A stretch of 64,000 bases of DNA from Phoronis australis (taxonomy: Eukaryota; Animalia; Phoronida), in the NCBI GenBank assembly GCA_002633005.1, contig NMRA01000422.1, positions 62,001 to 126,000 on the forward strand, written 5' to 3'. This document shows, in pieces, positions 47,501 through 59,500 of the stretch (the first letter of the stretch is position 1; the number at the start of each line of letters is the position of its first letter). The position numbers were made by a program, and so were the translations under genes. The notes below the pieces were generated by a model. That model searched no databases. It was given only the letters and a program-made list of their open reading frames with translations, and had not been told where the DNA came from.

Positions 47501-50500
47501 AGATCATTTAACTGAGGTTAAAGGAAGGCAGCCAAGTAAAACAGGAAGATTCATCAAGAAACTGTGGGAGATATTGAGGCAGATAAGAAGGCACGTATAG
47601 GCATGTAAAAACCGTTGTGACAAAGCGAATGAAACAGGAAATTAAAAAAACACAAGCTCACGTTTGGTACTGGACAGCAGCCATACTGTCCAGTTGTGAG
47701 ACGACAACACGTGTTCCCTGAAGGACAAGAACTACCATCGGGGCATGTTACCACTTGGACAGCAGACGGATGAGTAGGTTTCTTCAGGAACCAATCAGTG
47801 ATGAGGTCAGCCTTTACAGTGTCAGTTTCTCTTGTACATTTCCCTGCATTACACGTGTAGCCCGAGGGACAACAATGAACACCATCAGAGCAACAGACAG
47901 CCTACAACAGAGAACAACACTGTCTCCAAAAAGCATGCAGAAAGACAATGCAAGTGACCTCCTACAACACAGCACTTATTAACTTTAAAGATTCATGTAT
48001 GGAGCTGAATTCATGTTCAGCTGAACTCATTGTCAGAGACCTTTTTCTACTAATTTTACCTCTGACACAATGCCTGACTGAAATGACCACCAAATTAAAA
48101 GATCACATCTAGGGGATAAAGTAGTTACCTATCGGCGACCTGGACCCTTCATCGGGGTAATGTAATCTTCGTGACACATGGGTGGTCCTTGGTGGTTGTC
48201 CAGCACCACCTGGTGGTTGTTACTACCAAGGAGTTGCTGGTAAATAGCTGGCAAGTTGTATCCACTGTCTCTGTTCAATTTTGATTTTGCTCATATTTTT
48301 ACTGTCAGTATCAATATCTGATTTTAAGATCATTCCAATATTTATTTCCTCTAGATGGTATTTTGACTGTAGGTTTGCAAATGTTGTGCGATGTGTCCTT
48401 ACGATGTTCTCCTACGGCTCTGGGTTTCCAAATGATATCTTGAAGTGTTCTTTTAGGCTCATGGTACCTAGATTCCGAGCGGCCTCACCATAATATTTGG
48501 CAGGACAATCAGGGTATTCAATCAAGAAATGTATACCATCCCACATTCTTGTTGTCGTTTGACTTGTCTTTCAGGTGGACCAAGGTATTCCGTAAAAGAA
48601 CACCGTATGGACACATCACACAACATTTGCAAACCTACAGTCAAACTACTATCTAAAAAAACAAATATTGGAATCATAAAATCAGAGCAGTTGAAATCAT
48701 GAGAAATCAACCACAATTGAACAGAGACAGTGGACACGAATTAACAGCTCCTCCTCGCAAATAACAGTCACCAGGTGGAGTTGGACAACCACCAAGGACC
48801 ACCCAGTAGCGACCACGTGACACGAAGTTTCCCTACAGTACCCCTGACGAACGGCCCAGAATGGGCTCAAACGCTAGGTCCGCAAACACAAACAGGTCAC
48901 CGATAGGTAACTGCTCTATCCCCTATACTATGTAACAGTGCCAGCTATGAACATTGATTCATTCTGTCAAAGATCAGATCGATAACTGAGGTTATATACA
49001 GGGCAACATGATGTGAAAACTGCCGTGACACACCAAGCAGGACAATAGCACAGAGAACAAAAAACTTACATTTGGCACAGGACAGCAGCCATATTGTCCA
49101 GTGGTGAGACGACAACATGTGTTCCCTGAAGGACAATAACTACCATCAGGGCATGTTACCACTTGGACGGCAGACGGATGAGCAGGTTTCTTCAGGAACC
49201 AACCAGTGATGAGGTCAGCCTTTACAGTTTCTGTTTCTCTCGCACATTTCCCTGAATCACACGTGTAGCCCGAGGGACAGCAATGGACACCATCAGAGCA
49301 ACAGACAGCCTACAATAGAGAACAACATAGTTATTCATGGTGCAGACTGAGTAGAAAGATACATTGCGGTTTTACTATGACAACTAATTCAAGGGAATTC
49401 ATCTACAGCACTGCTGTCAATTTCCAAATGGATTATGGAAATGTTTAGTCGTAAACATGTGGCAATATTACATATAACCTGTGGACATGTAGTGCGACTC
49501 TATCCGTGTTTTGGGTGGTAAGATTAATTTACTTCAGCGTGATCTAATGGCACGTGACTTGGGAATCTTTTGCGAAAAAGATTTGCTATGCAGATTTGAG
49601 GCTCATCTACACTTTATTCTGTGGGATGGTTGGTTATAAATCAGACATTGCAAGCAATTTCATTCAATATAATACACTCAAGTTTAAAGATGCATGCCTG
49701 GAGCTGGATTTGTGAGAGAACAGCTCCTACAAAACAGAGCCCACCGTTTATGATCACAAAAATGAAGCGTCACACACCACAGATCAGACTGTTTAAGTGA
49801 CAGAGGTGATATATAGTTAAACGTAACGTAACAAGTCTACTGCAAAGCGTTGATACATGTCCACCATGTATACAGCAAGGATACATGAAATGATTATTCA
49901 GACATTCACAGTAGAGTGAGCAACACCAGCCACCTTCTTCTTAATAGGAATGGAAATCACGAACATCATTTAGTCTTCAAGAAATTTAATAGATGTTGAG
50001 GCAGATGCGGAGGCAGACGTGTGTGGACACGTAAAAAACTTTTTGACAAAGCGGACACAAAAAGAGACTAAAAAACAAGAGCTCACGTTTGGTACTGGAC
50101 AGCAGCCACATTGTCCAGTTGTGAGACGACAACACGTGTTCCCTGAAGGACAAGAACTACCATCAGGGCATGTTACCACTTGGACAGCAGACGGATGAGC
50201 AGGTTTCTTCAGGAACCAATCAGTGATGAGGTCAGCCTTTACAGTGTCTGTTTCTCTTGTACATTTCCCTGAATTACACATGTAGCCCGAGGGACAACAA
50301 TGAACACCATCAGAGCAACAGACAGCCTACAACAGAGAACAACATAGTTATTCATGGTGCAGACTGAGTAGAAAAAACATTGTAGTTCTCCTAAGGAATC
50401 TGTCATCTATGGCACTGTTCACAATTTCCAAATGCGTTGTGGGACTGTTTGCCAGTTCGTACACATGCGGCAGCATTACAGATAACTTGTGTACATGCAA

Positions 50501-53500
50501 CGCGACTCTAGATGCGTGTTTTGGGTGGTAAGATCATTTAATTTCAGTGTGACCTGATGGCACGTAACTTGAGAATCTCTTGCGAAAAAGATTAATAACT
50601 CAAGGTAATGTAGAACACTAGAAAAACGTCCCAATTTGGCCAACTTCAGAACATTATATCTCAGAAACAGCTACTTGGATTCAAATGAAACTTTCAGGTA
50701 CTATGCTTGATGTACAATTGTCCAAAACCCTCTAGGGATTGCTTTTAAAAAGTTCCACTTTTGCATGTGGAGCTATAAACAAAAAGTAGGACTTTAACGA
50801 TTTTCATGAAGAAACTCTTGAGTTGCATAAATGAAACAAAAACTGATATTTTAGTAAAGCGTAACAACATTACTTCTCTAAGACGTCACCTTGCACATTT
50901 ATGTCAAATGAAATTTGATCAATGTTATTGATACTGTTGTTTTACTATCAACTAAATTAATGTAGAATACCTTCTTTTTTGGCAAAATTTCAATGAAAAA
51001 GCACGGTCACACGATCCAGTTTCATTTGGTAAAATGTCACAAATCAAATTCTACAGGTTTTTTACATTCAGAAAATAAATACTTTTAATGAAGCCCACCT
51101 TCCCTGTCTTAATTTTGTGCAATGGTTGCTTACAAATCTTTCAGAAAGACACCGTAAGCAACCTCATTCATCATTATGCACTGATATCTGGACCTGAAGT
51201 CATGATATAACAGTTTCTACAAATAAGCCGAACTGAAATGATCATCAGAATGAAGCTACACATACCAAAAAATCAGACAGTTTAAATGAGGTTATATATA
51301 TAGTGAAACATAATATAACAAGAGCATTGCAGAGAGTTGATACCTGCCCAAAATGTATACATTACAGACACAAGAAATAATCACGATTCGGACTGCAGAG
51401 TGAGCAACACCAGCCACCCTCTCCTTTAATAATAGGAATGGAAATTACAAACATCATTTAGAGTCTTCAAGAAATTTGGTAGATGCAGATATGGAGGCAG
51501 GCATGTGTGGACACGTGAAAATTTTTTGACAAAGTGGACACGTGAAAACTGTTATGATAACTAGAAGCAGACACAACAGGAGAGAAAAACACAAGCTCAC
51601 ATTTGGTACTGGACAGCAGCCATATTGTCCAGTTGTGAGCCGACAACACGTGTTCCCTGAAGGACAATAACTGCCATCGGGACATGTTACCACTTGGACG
51701 GCAGATGGATGAGCAGGTTTCTTCAGGAGCCAATTCGTGGTGAGATCACCCCTGACACAGCGACCCAGATCCATGCGGCAAGTGAAATTGGCTGGGCAGC
51801 AGTGAAGTCCGTCAGAACAGCAGGTCGCCTGGGAATGAACAAAACTTTTTAGAAGAATGTACTTACATAATAAACAATTAAGGCATCAACTTGTCTCTGC
51901 CTTTATTAATACAGGAGCAACAGCGGTCATAGCCATGACATCTATAGGCAAAATAGAAAATATGATGTCACAACTGTGCTCGTAAAAGAACGAAGCATTC
52001 CAAAGACATTTCATTATGGCTTGAGATAAGGATATGCATTCCGTAAACTGAGTTTCTTGTGACAAAATCAAGATCTTGTACAATCTCACAAAATAATGTG
52101 AAAGTAATAAGAGTGCAAAGCAAGATGCTCAGGAGGTTACAAGCCTAGCCTTGCAAAATGATGGCTGCTGAAGCAATTGGTTGGTGACACTGGAATGTTG
52201 AATCATAGGATAAGTTCAATGTTTCCGTTCCATAAACAAACATTATTTACCGCAAATGCAAATTAATTTCTTGCAGTCTAAGATAGGCAGCAACGTCTCC
52301 ACAAGCTGACATGTCACTGGGTGCCATTTTGTGAGTCAAACATGATCTTTAAAAATACCTAACCGTCAGTTATTTGGAAACCCAGACCAAAAATTCACTT
52401 CTAATCTAAGTGAGCAACAATTTGAGACCAATTTCATAGTTGGTAATCGGTCTAAATCAAAAAAAAAATATGCTTCTTTCGACAAAACAAGGGTTGGTAG
52501 CCACTTTAAAGCTATCACTGATTCAAAACAATAAAACAATCATATTGAGATATCCAACCTTTCTTCATTGGTCACTCCCCATCTAAAACCAACAGAGGGA
52601 TTAAGGTCAGTTGCATAATTAAGCTCTATTGTGGGGTTCATGCCATAAGAATCGTGTTAACAGACCTTGCTACACTGACCAAGACTAATCTAGGCAAGGT
52701 GCCTTATCCCAGCCAAGCAGCAAGTCAAAACTGTTCATAAAGACATGTCTATGTTAACACTGACCAAGACTAATCTAGACAAGGAGCCTTATGCCAGCCA
52801 AGCAGCAAGTCAAAACTGTTCATGAAGACATGTCTATGTTAACACTAACCAAGACTAATCTAGACAAGGAGCCTTATGCCAGCCAAGCAGCAATCAAAAC
52901 TTTTCATGAAGACATGTCTATGTTAATTGATGATGAGCGTGTGAATCCATGTTAGACATTAGAGTGCCTGTAATTATTTCCCACAGATTAGGTTGAACAC
53001 TTTCCATTTTAAAAAGGGAATTTCCACTCATTCCCTTTTTGTGCCTGAAAAGTTGCCGATTTTTTGTGCGCCTGGATTTCCATCATTTTGGCTTAAAGAT
53101 TGATATATTCCATTGCATTTCAGCCCTGACTGTTGTATCATGTGCAGAAATTTCTGCGCAGCAAAAGTCCAGCACAGAAATTTCTGCGTTGCACTTTTGC
53201 TGGAATTTTACTGCGCAGAAATTTCTGCGGTGCAATTCTACACAGAAATGTCTGCGCATGATACAACATAGGGCTGAAAAGCAATAGAATATATCAATTT
53301 TTAAGCCAAAATGATGGAAATCCAGGCGCAGAAAAATTCTGCAACTTTCAGGCACAAAAAGAGAATGAGTGGAAATTCCCTTTTTTAAATGGAAAGTGTT
53401 GTTTATTTCATTGGAAACACAAAGTGTATGGTAATGCGCTGTCTGCGGGTGATCAGGGTAAATGGAGTGTAATGGTAAAGGCAACCTATAAGTCATGTAC

Positions 53501-56500
53501 TAGGTACACAAACCTAGACAGCTTACTACTATGACTCAGCAATCCTGAAGTGGGAAGACTGGAACTACTCATCAAAGTAGTGTCACTTATACTGCCTCTG
53601 TTGTAAAAACGGATTTCTGTTAATTCAAAAACTTTTTACGACGGATTAAGTTTTTATAGACTACAGTGTGTACTCTAATCTGAAAACAAAAGAAGCCAGT
53701 CATTAAAGTTCAGGGCCTGAGGTACAGTAGAAGCCAATTGAAAAGTATTCACACTAAATGACCCAGAATTCTCCGTTATGACGACTGGGTGGAAGCCGAA
53801 TTCAACATCAGAGAATGCACAACGCAGTGCTAATGCTTCATTCCAAACGACAAGCTATGGCTAAGACTCTTACTGCTGATCACCTTGGATTGTGATGACA
53901 GATGTCTGCTACTCTGTACGCACGCATAAAATATTTAGAAATTTATTAGAATTAGTTAGGACTGAGCAACAAGCTTTTTGTGCAATTATTTAAAAACACA
54001 CAGCTACTCCTACCAGCTAACATTCAGTCCATAGGTGTGAGTGTTACCTAGCCACTAGTCAATGACAAAAACTGAACCAGAATTTATTTAAATTAGTAGA
54101 TGGCAACTTGTTTGAACTTGTGAAATTAAGCGAACTTACATTTTGCAAAGGACAACAACCCCATTGGTTGTTTTTGCCCTTGCAACAACTGTGATTGGCT
54201 GCACATTGGACAGTGGTACTGCACTTTATAGGCGGCGCTACAACTGCTGGGACTCGTTCCATCCATGACACTACTGAGCTGTTGGCATGGTTACACCCTC
54301 CCCCTTTGCTGTCACAGGTATAACCAGAGGGGCAGCAGTGCAAGTGGTCATCACAACATTCAGCCTGAAGATGAAAATAATATTTACAGGTGTGCAGACT
54401 GCAGACTCTGAGTGCTGCTAAATCAGATACACCTGGCTATTTCAACTACGTGAAAGTTCTGTAACACAGACTGGGTATAGGGTTTCAATAGTCTTTCAAA
54501 ACACAGACTAGTGCAATACCCAGAGCTCACAATGAAATATGTTCTAGAGACATTGTGTAATAACGTACAACAATAATACCTGGGACTAAGGCAATATCAG
54601 AATCCAAGATAGACACCAGAGAGGGCAAAAAATACCGGAGTTAAACAGAGTCGAAGCCAAGCTGTAGTCCATGAGACGTGAATGTAGCGATGCTAATGAA
54701 AGTTTAATTCCGGCAGATGTCACTATGTTTATTACGTAAGGATGACTTTGAGATAAAAAACTTATACTAGGTTTTGGAGACAGCCTCTTGCTAATCTGTG
54801 GGAAGTTAAGAATTTTCATTGAATCTAGGTGAATTTTAGGTAAACTCCCCTTACATCCCCACACCATGAGGCACAGCATATTCAGACGGGCTTATTCACA
54901 GAAGTCTCCAGTAGCTTGACGCAATAAAAACACAGCAAGAACATGTCACTCACATTGGCCAGAGGGCAGCAACCCCAATCTCCATCAGATGTCTTGCAGC
55001 ACGTCTGGCCATTGAGACAATACTTGGTAGCTGAGCATTGGACAAGAATACGTGAGACGATCAACGGTTCACCTTTGACCTTTTTTGATGCTGCAATTGT
55101 GCTGCCGTCGTCCACCTTAAGAAATATTTGAAAAATTGCCTAAAAACAGCAGTGGTAGGAGAAGAAAGGAACACAGGATTTATCAACACGTTTTGTACAA
55201 TTATTACACTACACTTGACTCAAGGGTAAATGTCAAAGTATCAGGGCCAGCGACTTCCAAATTTTACTCGGCAAGACTTGATTTGAAAATTGGCCAATCA
55301 CACCACGCGAAATTGGAAAATTCTGAAAACATGGTACATGAATTGCTAATTCTTTAGTTAAGCTTCCTGAAAAATTTGGTAATATCAAGCTCAATTTATG
55401 ATAGTGGAATTTTAGTCACATTTAGTAATCATACTTCCTGATCCCAGAGTGTAATCAACTAGGCAGTTGAAGATATCCACCAACGGGCTTGTTTTGAACA
55501 CTTAGGAGAAGCTGCAAAGGGCACTTTTGATCTAAAGAGTTAATTTTATGGCAAACTGCGTTTCTAATTTTTCGGGTTCAACATCAACAAAACCATGAAG
55601 TGGCGATTTGGGATAAACGCTGGCTCAAAAATGTCTTCAAAAAAGCAAACATCCAGCTGATGATACGCTACATTTACTGTAATATAAATATAAACATGCA
55701 CTAAAAGTAGTTCCAAGTCGACCTTCGGAAACACTGTGCAATCACCTGTCGGCAAATTCCCGGCTGATCATCACAGATGTAACCATGGGGACAACAGTGT
55801 TCTTTGTCTTTGCAACAGACCGCCTTTGGTAGGGGGCAGCACTGGTATCCATTCTCTGACGCGCAACACGTTTGCATGCTGTTACACTGAACCTAGAGTA
55901 AACAAACAACTATATAGCTCAGCATTAAGCCTAGTATACGTATCACACAAAGTATACAGACATGGAGCCTTGTTTGGACCTTGAGAGGTGTAAGTACTCC
56001 GTAAATGCCTTTCAATCTGGTGGACAGTTGTAAATTCATTGACTGTCCATTGACAATCAACGTTTTGAATTTGACTAGTTTAAATGTTGGGCATTACCAA
56101 GATCACAGTCAGTTTGTCTGACCCGTTTACAGCAACAAACACTTCATGGTCCTGGCTAATAAGAAACATGTTTTATTACCCTTGTTGGTTTTGAATAGCT
56201 GTGCCCAAAATGTGATTCGAAAAATGCCTCACTTAAGGAGTTGCATACAGTTATGGGTCTAAAGTTATGATGTTTAATCATCAAGCATTTAGTTGATGCT
56301 TGAAAACCATTAGGCACTAATGACTTAACATGTCGCTTTGGGGTAAATGTTTTCCTACAGAAGAGCTATACCAGACGTACTGCTCAAATAAGTGAATATT
56401 TCCCATCCAGTTTGCCTATGAAGGTGTCTTTACCTATTTTTGAACTAAAAGTCCACATAAAGGGATCAATTTCGGGGTCGCAAGGATATGCCCGTTTTAG

Positions 56501-59500
56501 CGACAAAGTAACTCTTCTTGTACAGTTTCAAGATTACTGGATAAAAAGGCTGTCCAAAAATCCCTACAGAAGGGTCCACTTGAGGAAATCAACCCCTACA
56601 AAAGGGTAGCATTTAAGAAACTAACCCCTAAAGTGACTTTCATGGAAGCTGCCTATAAATGGGCCGAGTGCACTCTCTCAATGGGTGGGCACCCCCATAT
56701 TTCCTGCTGCACACTCCCAGTAAAAAATGATTATCAAGGACCGCCCGAGCATTTCCATATCCAACTCATCTATGACAAAAACTAACATAGTATTAAGACT
56801 AGTGTTTCTGATACACCAAGTGAGGCAAAAGGTAAGAAACAGAAATGAGTGCTAATCCTTTATCATTTCCTTATTATTTTACTGTCTGGTTTCCTTGTAA
56901 TTTCATGAACTAATTTTCAATTGGTAAATGTAACTTGGTAAACAGTTCCATGCTTTTAAATGTTATCCAGGTCATCATTTTTCTCATATATTTTTACTAT
57001 TTGTCTAATTTGTAATATGAATTTGGGCTTGGAGTGGAGGTAATAACTAGTCCACATTGTGGCTTAGAATTTTGGGATGGCAGTCGTAAATCATGGGTGT
57101 TATTCACAGGTAATAAGCTTTGTGAAATTGACATTTAAGGTCAGTGAAAGTGTTTATTTGTGAACTCTGTTCTCATACAACTCTCCAAGTTAGACTGTGT
57201 AACTAAACACAGCGTACAAAAGGTTTGTAGTCCTGGCCGTTTTGTTACCCCCTATAGATTAGTGAATAGCCCAGAGAGCCCCAATGCATTTGTATTGTGA
57301 TAGTTGAATAAACAGACATACATTTGTCATCACTGTCATAACTAATTGAATTATTATTTACATAACACAATAATTATCATTTACACCATAATTTTATTCA
57401 ACTACTGTCATTACCTTGCCACCAGGACACTCCACCATTTCCTGAAGCCTCTTTTCGGCTGGGACTTTCTGCACCGCCTTGACTGTCAGGAATCCTTTTC
57501 TACACAAGCCTCCTTTTGCACAAGTGTATGCCTCAGGACAGCAATGCACATAGTCGTCACAGCATACAGCCTTAAATGCACGCCACAGACATTTGTTAGA
57601 TTTGAGAAAGGGAGAGGGAGAGAGTGAGGGAGAGGGAGAGAGGGGGAGTGAGGGGGGGGGAGGGTGAGAGGGAGAGTGGGAGAGAGAGAGAGTCAGAAAG
57701 CAATTTCATCACAGGACCATCAATGGACCAAAGGACAGATCAGACAAGGACAGAAAGACAACCACTGGTTACTAACTTCCTACATGAGATGTTGTTTGAT
57801 GAATCACAGTAAACCTCCTTTGTGCATATCATAACTTGCACAAATAAAACGGCATGTGTGCAGAATCACAGTTTAAGGCCATGAAGCGAATGAGAATTTA
57901 AAGCTAAATAAATCACTTTTTTGTCAGATTTAATGATTCACTGAACTTCCTTCGTAAATGCTGCAGATTGCTGATCCAGCAAAATCTCACCATTCTGAGT
58001 CTGACCTTCTTGAAACTTCCATCACATGCAGCTTACAACACTTTTTAATGTAGCCAATAAACAGACACTGAAATGATCACCCCCGAGAGACTGTGCCCGG
58101 TTGCATTCCCAAATAGGGACTCAACTAGTGAGTTCGCTAAATCATTTGTGTATTATGTCTTTTTTTACTCAATCATGTAATTTTTTTCTACCGTTTATTT
58201 CATCTTTATTTAGAGCTACTTTTTGACTAATGACATTTTCTAATGATATAATTACAAACCCAACCTTGAGTTCAATGGGAATAAATAGGGACTTAGTCCT
58301 TAATGTAGGGACGTTACAAGAAAAGATCCCAATCAATATTTGATAATATTGAAAATTCAACGTAGAGTTCACTCTCACCTTACATCAAAGCCACCCATTG
58401 ACTCAGTAAACATGCTAAAGCATCAGAGAGGATCTGTTTTCACAAGTCCACAAACATGCAGTGTGACTGTTTCATGCAACTGGGCACGATTGCAGTAACG
58501 GAATATAAGGTCACCACTACGTCTGTCCATTGTCTGACCACACCTTGCATCTGCAACTCCATAAACCAACGCTAGCCAAAACAAAACCCGAGAGACGGAC
58601 TTGGAAGAATTACCTTTATCTGAGGGCAGCACCCCCAGCTACCATCTTTCATTCGACAGCAGGTGCTGGTATCTGGACATAAAGACGCACCATCTGGACA
58701 AACATTCTGAAACGAGAAATTATTCACTTAATTTTTTTTCATTGAATCCTTAGTAGTTTCTTGCAGCTCAAGTTTTTCCAAACCATGACTGTATTAGTGC
58801 TTGTTTCAGCTTCCAAATGCATTGCCCATCATTATTGAAACTCAGCATTTTTCCAAGGCATTGTCTCTATACCTATTAAACAAATTAAAGATTTTTTGCC
58901 TTTTGCCTTTGGAATTGAGTATGCTCCCAATTCAACTCTCCAACCTTGCCGATCAAGCAATATATAAAGCTCCAGAGAATACTCGTGAAACACTCACTTT
59001 TAAGTAGTGTGGTTTTGCAAGGTCTTGTGAGATCTTGTTTTTCTCTCAAGAAACTAGGTTTATGCAAACCTCTCCAGGTTGCTACGACACTGTCATTGTG
59101 TTACAAACATGGGGACTATGGACTTCTACACAACCCAGGAAACATGCAAATCCAAAGCACTTGATTCCTATATTTTGACAAAAACCGTAAGCCTTTTACC
59201 CTAAATGTCTCCCAATAATCCTTACCCCTACCAGGTAACAAGAACATCAAAACCATCAGTGACTCAAAAAATGCTTGACTGTTTATAGGGATAGGCCAGC
59301 CTTAAAACTGTGAATTCAAAAGTGGCACATGTATGCAATGTTTGTGAATTAAGAACTCTGGAACAGAAACAGAAACCCATCATGGTAGGGAATATTATGA
59401 CATCACATTAAGTGAAAGACCCAATTTGATTTTAACTTAGCCAGCCAAACAGGGAACATAGGTTCACCAAATATGCAAGAAAACCACAGAATGGAGCTCC

